This document shows, piece after piece, positions 11,299 to 22,314 of a DNA stretch of 27,278 nucleotides (position 1 is its first letter; the number at the start of each line of letters is the position of its first letter). The stretch is taken from NCBI RefSeq assembly GCF_006345805.1, contig NW_021823890.1:1-27278 (forward strand), in the 5' to 3' direction. The notes beneath the pieces were generated by a model, which made no database searches, was not told the origin of the DNA, and saw only the letters and a list, made by a program, of their open reading frames with translations. Origin of the DNA: Octopus sinensis (Eukaryota). The position numbers were made by a program, and so were the translations under genes.

Positions 11299-11556
11299 CG
11301 AACGTAAATATTGCCTGCACAGAATGTCTCCTTTGTGTTGATTACTGTGTATATATATATATATACTCCGTGTTTACAACCCTGTGACAACGTTAGTCAT
11401 GCTGGTTACAAACTCATTGCAAAATGCTAGTTGAAACAAAGCCAGCATGAGTCACTCTGCCAAGTCACCCTCGACTTCGCAATGTCTTGTTCAACTTATA
11501 CTTATGTGATTGCAGCTTTTCCTAGCTTCTGTTTATTTCTTTCCTTTGCTTTGTTT

Positions 11557-11970
11557 TCTCTCTTTTACTCTTTTACTTGTTTCAGTCATTTGACTGCGGC
11601 CATGCTGGAGCACCGCCTTTTTAAATCGAGCAACTCGACCCCGAGACTTATTCTTTTGTAAGCCCAGTACTTATTCTATCGGTCTCTTTTTGCCGAACCG
11701 CTAAGTAACGGGGACATAAACACACCAGCATCGGTTGTCAAGCAATGCTAGGGGGACAAACCCAGACACACAGACACACAAACACATATATATATATTCA
11801 TATATACGACGGGCTTCTTTCAGTTTCCGTCTACCAAATCCACTCACAAGGCTTTGGTCGGCCCGAGGCTATAGTAGAAGACATTTGCCCAAGGTGCCAC
11901 GCAGTGGGACTGAACCTGGAACCATGCGGTTGGTAAACAAGCTACTTACCACACAGCCACTCCTGCGCCT
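11557..11970 (-). mobile_element. Full-length SINE-C
   Basis: Same modules as 8952-9416; B-box-like GGTTCAGTCCC; short internal microsatellite ~11761-11805. Confidence 0.9.
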
Positions 11971-12043
11971 GTTGTTTGTTTTTTTAAAATTTTTGCTTCC
12001 AGTCAATGACATCTTCCTTTATCGTCGGCTTCGTTAGCTGCAC

Positions 12044-12246
12044 ACATAGACATACATACATACATACATACATACATACATACATACATACACACACACA
12101 CATACATACATACATACATACATACATACATACATACATACATACATACATACACACACACATACATACATACATACATACATACATACATTCATACATA
12201 CATACATACATACATACATACATACATACATACATACATACATACA
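12044..12246. repeat. (CATA)n microsatellite
   Basis: Directly visible. Confidence 0.97.
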
Positions 12247-12856
12247 TTTCTAGACCGAGTGGTACATTGTGTGTGGATGCGCAATGGTCCCAGTGGTTAG
12301 GGCAGCGGACTTGCGGTCATAGGATCGCGGTTTCTTTCCCAGACCGGGCGTTGTGAGTGTTTATTGAGCGAAAACACCTAAAAGCTCCACGATGCTCCGG
12401 CAGGGGTGTTGGCGATCCCTGCTGTACTCTTTTCACCCACAACTTTCTCTCACTCTCTTCTTCCTTTTCTGTTGTACCTGTATTTCAAGGGCTGGCCTTG
12501 TCACTCTCTGTGTCACGCTGATTATCCCCGAGAACTACGTTAAGGGTGCACGTGTCTGTGGAGTGCTCAGCCACTTACACGTTAATTTCACGAGCAGGCT
12601 GTTCCGTTGATTCGGATCAACCGGAACCCTCATCGTCGTTACCGACGGAATGCTTCCATCCCATCAAGGTACATTGTGTTCTTGAGCATAACACTTCATC
12701 TCACGTTGCCATACGATTACTTCGACACCTGACGTCTTGCACACCGGCAAAAGCTAGTTATCGCCAAGCTAATATGGCTGTCCTGAAATATAGGACGAAT
12801 GCTGCCGTTGATTAGCTCCAAGAGGCTATCGCCTCTAGCTAGCTATGGTGACACAC
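12247..12856 (+). mobile_element. Older SINE-B-related element split by a younger insertion (pieces 12247-12272 and 12680-12856)
   Basis: Rejoined sequence CTAGACCGAGTGGTACATTGTGT|TCTTGAGCATAACACTTCATCTCACGTTGCC matches the CORE-like segment of SINE-B. Confidence 0.6.
12273..12667 (+). mobile_element. tRNA-derived SINE-B2 with 12-bp TSD
   Basis: A box TGGTCCCAGTGG (12285-12296); 3' body shared with SINE-B (432-620); TSD GGTACATTGTGT at 12261-12272 and 12668-12679. Confidence 0.85.
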
Positions 12857-12876
12857 GAATCTGTGTGTATGTGTGT

Positions 12877-12879
<3 letters not shown>

Positions 12880-12950
<71 letters not shown>
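12880..12950. repeat. (TA)n microsatellite
   Basis: Directly visible. Confidence 0.95.
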
Positions 12951-12952
<2 letters not shown>

Positions 12953-13059
12953 GCGTATGTTTTATATATATACTTAAATGCATACAAACACATGTATATA
13001 TACTTACACCTATAATACATACACAAACTTATGTCTATAACAGGGAGACAAGGAGAGTG

Positions 13060-13234
13060 TTTATTATAGACACAGATGCACATGTCTATTAACTTTAATA
13101 AACTAAATTAATGAATTCGTAGAAACGCCAAGTAGAAACACTTATGAGAGGGGGAAAAAAACCCTCGTATCGGACAATGACTAATGCTTTATCTAAAGGT
13201 TCGGGGTCAGCCCCTCAGCGAATGAAATCACGAT

Positions 13235-13297
<63 letters not shown>

Positions 13298-13357
13298 GGC
13301 GGAGAGAGTGAGAAGAGAGAGAGCGAGAGAGAGAAGAGAGCGAGAGAGAGAAGAGAG

Positions 13358-13392
<35 letters not shown>

Positions 13393-13625
13393 GAGAGGAA
13401 TAACAGATGAGAAGGCCATTATAGATAGAGTCATCTATTAGTGTTAATATGCTTAATTAATGAATTCATGAAATTGCTAACCAGAAACTTATATCAGGTG
13501 AGAAAACACTTTAGTGTTAAACAATGACTAAAATATTATGTCACCATTTTGTTTTTTTTGTTTTTGTTTTGTTTGTTTCTCTATCGCCAAGTCTTGGGGA
13601 CAACCGCGTTCAGCGAATCAAATCG
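13060..13625 (+). repeat. Degenerate ~170-200-bp direct repeat pair separated by (GA)n (13238-13390)
   Basis: ATTATAGA...TCTATT...AATTAATGAATTC...AGAAAC...ACAATGACTAA...GGGG.CA.CC...TCAGCGAAT.AAATC at ~13060-13230 and ~13417-13625. Confidence 0.55.
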
Positions 13626-13868
13626 CCCTGTACACGTCGAAGTAGCGATGTATGAATCACCGAATTAGTACAATTAATAGTGCAAGACAATAGAATTGTT
13701 TAGAGATTAAGTAATCGAATGACGACATTCGAATGGCAACAGGTAGAATCGATCGATCAGTATGTGTCAACATATTGATGGAAAGGAGCAATAAGGAACT
13801 AAGTGTAGATAAATATGCCTGCACGTGTATGCATATATATATGTACACATATATGTTATATATTTATA

Positions 13869-13930
<62 letters not shown>

Positions 13931-13932
13931 TG

Positions 13933-14745
13933 TGCCATCCACCCCCACATACAAAACGTACATCCCATACTGCCTAGCCAGAAGATTTGTACTATTGTAG
14001 AAGATGCAAATATCAGGAACAAACGCCTAATAGAACTAAGAGAATTTTTGCTCAAACAAAAAATACCCCATCTCTACTTATAGAAAATGGCATACAGCGG
14101 GCTATAAAAATACCTATACAAAACTTAGGACAACCCAAGGAAGAGGAAAACAAGAACAAGTCATACCATTCATAGTGACACACAACCCATGTCACCAGAA
14201 TATCTTCAACATTGCCAAAGCAAACCTACCAATCATTGCCCAAGTAATGAATTAAAAGACCTAATCACGGATCGAGCTATGGTGCTTAGTAAAAGACAGC
14301 CTAAAAACTTGAAAACATTACTAACAAGGCAAAATTTGACCTCAGCAACAAAGACCAAACATTCACGGTATCTAAATGCAATGATAGCCGATGTGGCACA
14401 TGCAATCATACATACCGGTCAATATATAAACACAAAAACCGGGAAAATATTCACAAACGCGAATATGAACTGCAAAAGCAGAAATTTAATTTACTGCATC
14501 AAATGCCCAAATTGTGAAGAAATATATGTAGGTCAGACGGGAAACGCAACTATTGAACGCTCACGTGTACACCGCAACATATAGAGACCCCAGAGGTCCG
14601 TCAGATACCTTTGAGTAACCACCTACACATGGTTCGGAAAATATATATTATGATTTCCATTCTACAAATTACACAGCCCAAGTGAAATCGAGAGGAAAAT
14701 CAGAGAAAAGAATTTTATTGATAAATTCGAACCCCAGCTAATAAG
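13933..14745 (+). pseudogene. PLE ORF fragment: RT C-terminus, Cys-rich linker, GIY-YIG endonuclease; many frameshifts
   Basis: Across frames: CHP.PHTKR / IPYCLARR / ICTIVED..RNKRLIELREFLLKQK / IENGIQRA / SKRQPKNLKTLLTR / KCNDSRCGTC (14374-14403) / NLIYCIKCPNCEEIYVGQTG (14483-14541) / ERKIREKNFIDKFEPQL. Confidence 0.85.
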
Positions 14746-15063
14746 CAATAATAATAATAATAATACTTAGAGGTATTACTTCCACTGCTACGACCATGAC
14801 CACTAACAACAACAACAATACTAAAGGTGATCAAGACGAAGATAGCGGAAAGTATCTTATTTAGGTTAAAAGTTCTATGCCACCACCATCACCACTAGCA
14901 CAATAATTAAGGTGCTGACAATGATGATGAGACAATTGAAATATAAATATAAAAATCTCTGACAAAGGATTTTACAAACATTTCTAAAATAACCCAACAA
15001 TTGCTGCTTCGGCCAGGGTCAAGATACAGGACTCTTGACATGTCCAACAAAGCGTGATGCCTA

Positions 15064-15180
15064 AACCAATCAGCTCAACCAACCAATCAGCTTAAGTAAT
15101 TGAGTGATACTACAACACTGATTGGTCAGAATACAGTTTGCAAAACCTAGCACTCTGGAGCCTACCCAGCGTTATTTATA
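15064..15180 (+). promoter_or_regulatory. Putative PLE promoter: three CCAAT boxes and a TATA-like box
   Basis: AACCAATCAG at 15064-15073 and 15081-15090, inverted CTGATTGGT at 15118-15126, TATTTATA at 15173-15180. Confidence 0.4.
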
Positions 15181-15242
15181 GCACAGAATCAATCATCTTG
15201 CTACAGTCAAAATTGTGAAGCATGACTGTCAACACTACTACA

Positions 15243-15287
15243 TGAACCCGAAGATTGCAGAATTCAATGCAGGAAAGTACTAGTTCA
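15243..15287 (+). ncRNA. Minimal type I hammerhead ribozyme (core variant, probably inactive)
   Basis: Stem I TGAAC (15243-47)/GTTCA (15283-87); core CCGAAGA (15248-54, U4C relative to CUGANGA); stem II TTGCA/TGCAG with an 8-nt loop; GAA-A; palindromic stem III AGTACT (15276-81); cleavage triplet CUA ending at 15282. Confidence 0.7.
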
Positions 15288-15460
15288 ATCAGAATGAATA
15301 TTAACATTCTACTATTTTCTTTTTATTTTATCAATTATAATAATTATCTTATAATATATCATTATAAGATTGTAAATAAACGTGAAAATCAGACAAGGTT
15401 GGAATTCTTTTTATTAATATATATATATATATATGTATATACCCTTTTATTCTTTTTTTT

Positions 15461-15658
15461 TTACTCTTTTACTTGTTTCAGTCATTTGACTGCGGCCATG
15501 CTGGAGCACCGCCTTTTGTCGAGCAAATCGACACCAGGACTTATTCTTTGTAAGCTTAGTACTTATTCTATCGGTCTCTTTTGCCGAACCGCTAAGTAAC
15601 GGGGACGCAAACACACCAGCATCGGTTGTCAAGCGATGTTGGGGGGACAAACACAGAC
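15461..15658 (-). mobile_element. SINE-C 3' half
   Basis: TTACTCTTTTACTTGTTTCAGTCATTTGACTGCGGCCATGCTGGAGCACCGCC...GGGGGGACAAACACAGAC. Confidence 0.85.
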
Positions 15659-16004
15659 GAATTTTTTTTTTGTAAATTTTTATGTGTCTATGAATTTTTA
15701 TATATTTATGAATTTTCGTGTATATGCATGTATTTATAAATTCTTAGAAATTTTTTCTATATCATATAGATGAATTCATCTATGTATGCACTTTGTATAC
15801 CACGGAGAACTTCGTTAATATGGATTGCATGAATATACACATCGACCTTTGAATTTGTTTTCTCCTCTCCTTAATTTTATATATACTCCTGAACCAGTTT
15901 TTGTGTGTCCCACAAAAGGAGTTGATGCTAGTGGTGTCGAAACAATTGTTGTTATTAATAATATATTCTCGCATATCCATCTTCTGTCATTCATTTGTTT
16001 TATA

Positions 16005-16040
<36 letters not shown>

Positions 16041-16047
16041 TGTATGT

Positions 16048-16195
16048 TTTTTTTGCTTGTTTCGGTCATTTGATTGCGGTCATGCTGTCCTAAGTCGAAC
16101 AAATGGACCTTAGGACTTGAAATTTTTGAAGCCTAGTTACTCATTCTATAGGCCTCTTTTGCTGAACCGCTAAGTTATGGGGACGTAATCACACA
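16048..16195 (-). mobile_element. Diverged SINE-C 3' half
   Basis: TTGTTTCGGTCATTTGATTGCGGTCATGCTG...GAACCGCTAAGTTATGGGGACGT. Confidence 0.7.
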
Positions 16196-16611
16196 CACAC
16201 ACACACCAAACCGATTAGCGATCGGTGGCAGAATGCAAACACACACACACAGATACATGCATACATACGTACGTACGTATGTATGCATGCATGCATGTAT
16301 GTATATATGTTTGTATGTGTGGACGTATGTATGTATATATGTATGCATGCATGCATGTATGTATGTATGTATGTATGTATGTATGTGTGTGTGTATGTAT
16401 GAATGTATGTATGTATGTGTATGTATGTATGTATGTGTGATTGTGTGTATGTAAGTATGTGTGATTGTGTGTATGTATGTATGTATGTATGTGTGTGTGT
16501 ATGTATGAATGTATGTATGTATGTATGTGTGTGTATGTATGTATGTGTGTATGTATGTATGTATGTGTGTGTGTGTATGTATGTATGCATGCATGCATGT
16601 ATGTATGTATG

Positions 16612-16642
<31 letters not shown>
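16190..16642. repeat. (CA)n then compound (TATG)n microsatellite
   Basis: Directly visible. Confidence 0.93.
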
Positions 16643-16644
<2 letters not shown>

Positions 16645-17315
16645 TAAGCATCATATCAATCCACTGCTGTGTACTTAGCACTCAAAGGCCAATTGACCGA
16701 AACCGTGGTCCGGACAAGTAATCTCTGTTTGCATTACTCGTGAATTCAAATACAACAGATTACACACATTCTCAACAGACTTTTGTGCTAAGCACGTTTA
16801 CATTTTTGTGCAACAAAAGAACCAAAAACTATATATGTATATGTATATATATTTATGTGTGTGTGTGTGTATGTGTGTGTGTGTGTGTTGTTTGTTTGTG
16901 AATGCGTGCGTGTATGTGTATGTACGTGTTCGTGCGTGTAGTTTATTTAAACTGAACATTTTCCACGTCACTCGTGTTTCGCGTTTTTGCGATCATCAGA
17001 TAACTCGATGATCACAATCACAGGAAATTCTAATTGCAAAAAAAAAAAAATAGAAATCCAAAATAAAATTGAGTTTAAATAAACATTACATTGTTCGCAA
17101 GTACTGAATGCTCCGTCTCTTTCATTGACAAACTAGAGACACACACATATATAATATATCTATATCTATATATCTATATAGCTATCTATCTGCCCATTTG
17201 TGTATTACACACACACACACACTCACACACACACACACACACACACGCACACATACACACATACACACATGCACACACACACATACATACACAAACACAT
17301 ATATACACACACAAA

Positions 17316-17600
17316 GTCTAATGAATAAGTATTCGGTCTATTGCCATAGTAACGAAGCTAAAGCATGCAGAGTGAAGCCACTTGGGAAAGATTGATTCTA
17401 AACCCTGCTGTGCATGCGCACGAAGTTGTAACGTTTTCCTTCACTTCCGCTGTTTGCAGCAGTGCTTGGAAGGAATGTGTGTAGCGTGTGATCTGTCGTA
17501 TTTACCATGACAGAGAAAGTTGTCACGGCGATACCTGCTCAGAGGCCCACACAAAGTTGCAGAAAGTGTATGGAGAGGAGTGTATGGATAACAGCTCCAT
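17316..17600 (+). mobile_element. Mariner (Tc1/mariner) remnant: left end and transposase N-terminus
   Basis: ATG at 17507 gives MTEKV; after a deletion/frameshift GDTCSEAHTKLQKVYGEECM (17527-17586), resembling the mariner N-terminal HTH. Upstream ATAAGTATTCGGTCTATTGCCATAGTAACG resembles a mariner end. Confidence 0.6.
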
Positions 17601-17852
17601 GTTTTGTCTGCAAATTATGTCACGTGACAGTATGATCGATAATTGCGCCAAAAGTCAAGGCTGTGTTAATTCAGTGAATGTGTAACTTGATATCATGATC
17701 AACAGATTGTCAGAATAGCAAAAAAGAACGATGGAATCACATGACCAAATGTAACGGAAGCATGTCATTTTCAAAATATGTTTTTACATTCTTCAGCGCT
17801 TTTTTTATTTTATTATTTCTATTCTTACTTGTCATTAGATTAGAATTTAAAT

Positions 17853-17875
17853 GTGTGTGTGTGTGTGTGTGTGAG

Positions 17876-17912
<37 letters not shown>

Positions 17913-18101
17913 ATGTGTGTGTGTGTGTGTGCGTGTGCGTATCATATTCAATAATTGAAAGCATAAATTCTTCACTATCCTCCAGAAAGAAACACGGAGT
18001 GATGCTTCTGATGGTTTTAGCTTCTGTTTAGTATAATTCTACGTATGTGTATGTATTTATGTATGTATGTATGTATATGTATGTATGTATGTATGTATGT
18101 A

Positions 18102-18150
<49 letters not shown>

Positions 18151-18304
18151 ATATTCGTTTTGGTATTTTACCGGTGAGTGTTTACATAATAAGGTACAAA
18201 AAGAGAATGACTCTCCCCACTCTCCCCAAACACAACAGTATCTATATATAATATATATATATATATATACATCATACATACAAATATATATATACAATAA
18301 ATAT

Positions 18305-18382
<78 letters not shown>

Positions 18383-18742
18383 GACAGACAGAGAGAAAGA
18401 AAGAGAGAGAGAGTTCTTTATCCGATAACGCCTGCGCTACGTCTAAATTTATATTTACTTTATGCTACAAACAAGTCTTGGACGATGACAAATATATGAA
18501 TAAAGAAGCACATACCTGGACATGTGCTTCTTTTGTGTGATTTAAGTACCTGTGCGTGTGTGTGTGCGTGTGTGTGTGTGTGTGTGTGGTGTGTGGCGCG
18601 TGTGTGTGCGTGTGTGTGCGTGTGTGTGTGTGTGTGGCGTGTGTGTGTGTGTGTGTGTGTGCGTGTGTGTGTGTGTGTGTGTGTGCGTGTGTGTGCGTGT
18701 GCGTGTGTGTGTGTGTGTGCGTGTGTGTGTGTGTGTGTGTGT
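17853..18742. repeat. Microsatellite cluster: (TG)n 17853-17941, (TATG)/(TA) 18044-18153, (TA)/(GA) 18240-18412, (TG)/(TGCG) 18552-18742
   Basis: Directly visible, with short unique spacers. Confidence 0.9.
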
Positions 18743-19085
18743 CGCTCTGTTTGTATGTAGGCATGTGGGAAAATGCAATCGCCAATGAGCAGTGACAAAG
18801 CTGCTTGGTGTGAACTATTTTCTCTGACGAGAATTACAAAAATATCACCAACAGCGACACAAATATGTCGACTTCCTTTTTATCGTGTTTCCCTTCCTTT
18901 CTGCAGTTTCTGTTTTCTATCTCCCTTCTGCCTTCCTACGGGTTTTGGGACTCTTACCTCCCTGTCTGAGTTGCGCAACAACTTAACATCTCACTACGCT
19001 CTCGTCCGGCCAAACTGGTGCGAGATTTATTTCACCGCGCCCTGGCTGCTACTCTTGATGAATTTGTTGTTGTTATTGTTGTACT

Positions 19086-19118
<33 letters not shown>

Positions 19119-20756
19119 AAGCAACAAGACTGGTAAGGGTGAATAGGTGATGGTCTAGGGCTTAGGGGCGGGAGACCCCAGACCTTGGAAAAAAAAAACT
19201 TTGGTCGTCTTGTTGTAGTCGAGGGCTCTTTGTTGATGCCTGACACCACTGGGAGGTGACCCTCGAAGTCGCTGGAAATGGAAATCTCCAGGTCCAAATT
19301 CTTATCTGTTCTGCCTCTGCCTACTGTTGCTGTTGTTATTGTTGTTTAGCGCAGGTCTGGCATGGATGCAGTTATCTCAGTACAGTTTATTGCTGTTGTT
19401 TAACACCGGGCCTCCTCTGGTCAAGCAAGCTCATCGTTAAACACTTCGTTGTTATCGTCATCGTCGTCGTCCTCCTCCTCCTCCACTCTTCCTCCCCTTC
19501 CTCCCCTCCTCCTCCTCCTCCTCCTCGTTGTTGTTTTGTCTCCATCTGTAATAATATCTTGGTCAAGCAGACACGATTGCACTGCCTGCAATTCGGGGCC
19601 ACATTAAGACCCATTGTGGCCCTAAGCACTTAAAAAAGTTTTGTTGTCCCCATATATATATAAACAAAAAAAAAACAAATTTGAATTCTTCAAAACGAAA
19701 CAAAACCAACAACAAAACTCAAAATATTGTTCATTTGTCTTTACTTCACTTAAAATATATTTGAAATGTTTTCTCTTACCTTTTATTTCATTGCAAAGTC
19801 TTTGATCGAATCCTCAAAAGTTAACCTTACGTAACACATCTGCTTCTATGCTTGATAGAGATAAGGCATCCCGAATATTATTGTAACAAGTTTAAAGTGA
19901 TTTTTTTCGTGCCGTAAGCCATTTACTATTTTTGTGGTTTTCCCTCCCCTTTCCATTGATGCCCTAAGCACGTGCTTACTTCGCTCAATGATTGATCCAG
20001 TGCAGCTGTTATTGCTGCTTATGTTGTTGTCATATCGTCCTTCGATTCCCCTTTTCATGCAGACACAATTACATTCCTTGATTTCATCGTCGTCGTGTTA
20101 TTTCACAATAGGTTTTTTTCCTGTTCAAGCAAATATATACATAACTACATTGTTAGATCCCCGAGTATAAAATCCTATTCATTATTTTCCGCGAAAGAAA
20201 CTACTTCCACAAACATCCGGTAAACACGCCCCCAAAAGAAAAAAAATATTGTGCGGAGTGGTATGCCCAACGGATTAGCCAGGAATAATTTATTAACGTA
20301 CTCCAGCTTTCGGTCCATGAATGAAGTGTCTCCTTTTTCTCTCTTTCTGTTGCTGGTACATTCTGCCCCTTAGAGCTGGCTCATCTCATGTCACATCTTC
20401 CCAGGCCAACCCGATTTGCTTCTCTTTCCTTTTCTTCTCACCTGTAATTTAACCATCTGCCTATCCACTGTGCCAAGTCCTTTCTCCCCTGTGTGTCTAC
20501 CGGGTGGAATTCCCTCACTGCTCATATTATTATTTTTCTTTTTACATGCAACTGCATTTCGTTCACGAAGGACAAACAGCACCATGGTTTGAGGGAGATT
20601 TAGTGGCTATTTCTAGCATATCGAACAATCATATGAAACTACCACCCCTTTTTTATATATTTAGTTCATTTAATCTTCAATACATTTTATTAATTTTCTC
20701 ATGTACTTTTCCACTGGTGGTGGCGGCAATTCTTTGTTGCATCATTGTATTTATTT

Positions 20757-20904
20757 TGAAGTCGGGTATTCATTCAATCAGTTTCTTGTGCCGAACAGCT
20801 AAGTTACGGGGACGTTAACTAAAAACACCGGTTACCAAGCAGTTGTGGAGTAGATACACCCACACACATATGCTTGCATGTGTATATATGTATGTATGTA
20901 TTTG

Positions 20905-20936
<32 letters not shown>

Positions 20937-21104
20937 TGTATTCGACAAGCTTCCACATAGTTTCCTTCAACCATATTCACTGGCAAGGCATTAAATGCCT
21001 CGGGGCTATAGTAGAAGACCCGTGTCTAAAGCGCTGTGCAGTGGAACTGAACCTGAAACCAAACGATTGTAAAGCGAGCTTCCTAACCGCACAACCATGC
21101 TTGC
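20757..21104 (-). mobile_element. Diverged SINE-C with internal (TATG)n
   Basis: GCCGAACAGCTAAGTTACGGGGACGT...(TATG)n...GGGGCTATAGTAGAAGAC...GCAGTGGAACTGAACC. Confidence 0.65.
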
Positions 21105-21390
21105 TCTCACCTCACCACACACACACACACACATACACACACACACATACATACACACACCACACACATTCACACATACCTCACACCCATACACACTCTC
21201 CGCACACACATACACTCATTTCACACACGCGTGCACACACAGATACACACACCTTACACACAACTCTCACACGTACACACATTCATCACACACACACACA
21301 CGCACCTCGCACACACGCACACACACATGATCACCTCATACATACACAGACACTCACCTCATACACATACATACACACCTAGTTTATATT

Positions 21391-21610
21391 TATTTCTTTA
21401 TTATCCACAGAGGGAGGGGGTTAAACAAAGGTGACAAACAAAGACAGATAAATGGATTAAGTCGATTACATCGACCTCAGTGCGTAACTGGTACTTATTT
21501 AATCGACCCCGAGATGATGAAAGGCAAAGTCGACCTCGGCAGAATTTGAACTCAGAACGTACCGCTAAGCATTTCGCCGGGTGTGCTAACGGTTCTGCCA
21601 GCTCGCTGCC
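21391..21610 (-). mobile_element. SINE-A with an internal ~15-nt deletion
   Basis: Reverse complement GGCAGCGAGCTGGCAGAACCGTTAGCAC...GGT|ACGTTCTGAGTTCAAATTCTGCCGAGG...ATAATAAAGAAATA. Confidence 0.85.
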
Positions 21611-22314
21611 CTACACCTCCATTATATTGAACGGTGAGTGTAACGGGTGGAAAGTGAACAGGTAAACTTTTGTTCAGAATTTTAATTATGAAATGAATTC
21701 CTTAAAATTTAGAATTTTTCGAGTGACGTAGAAGAATGTCTGGGAAGAAGCGGGAGAGAAATAATGGTGGAAATTCTTGTTTTTAATCATAAATACTTTA
21801 TTTATTTAGCTGCAGACTGAATGTCTGAAGCCATTTATTTTTGACATAGGAAGGAAAAAAAAACAAATTCAGTCCATGTATGTGCATGGTGTTGTGTGTG
21901 TGTGAGTGTAGGGGGGTTTTGTTGCAGTTCCGATCGCAGTACACGTGATTTGAATAAGGAAACGTCTTGTAGTGAACTGAAAACCAATGAGAAACTCACG
22001 TGTGTGCAGAGATGAGAAAAAACTCTGGGTATTTGCATATGAAAGAAATATGGTGGAAGGAGAAGAAGGAGAGAGGAGAAAGAAAGAGAGAGAGAGAGGG
22101 AGAGAGAGAGAGGGAGAGAGAGAGAGGGAGAGAGAGAGAGAGAGAAATGTAAAGGCAGCAAAAGTGGAAGTTGAGGTTATAGGATAGCTTAAATCATACC
22201 TTGTTAGAAATGTTAAGCTTAACACTTAAGCAATTTAAAGGATGATTCATAAGTTATTACACGATTTTAATTTTAATTTTATAATTAATTGAAATGCTGA
22301 AGAAACGTCAGAAT

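Larger units (their letters stand above)
13933..15395 (+). mobile_element. Penelope-like element (PLE), 5'-truncated, with 3' non-coding/pseudo-LTR region
   Basis: RT C-terminal and GIY-YIG peptides, followed by a non-coding region with CCAAT/TATA motifs, a hammerhead fold and AATAAA (15375-15380). The 3' boundary is approximate. Confidence 0.8.

Noticed and set aside
15766-15783. Perfect 18-bp palindrome ATAGATGAATTCATCTAT
   Set aside because: Isolated, in AT-rich low-complexity DNA, with no associated element ends.
15888-15950. GTCGAAACAATTGT (GAAA plus palindrome) suggesting another hammerhead
   Set aside because: No acceptable CUGANGA core in register with a stem II, and no stem I.
20370-20520. 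Minus-strand peptide QMVKLQVRRKGKRSKSGWPGKM resembling an RTE C-terminus
   Set aside because: Too short and diverged to list as a supported feature.
21935-22040. Motif cluster CACGTG x2, CCAAT and octamer ATTTGCAT
   Set aside because: Short motifs are expected by chance in 27 kb, and there is no associated gene or TSS evidence.
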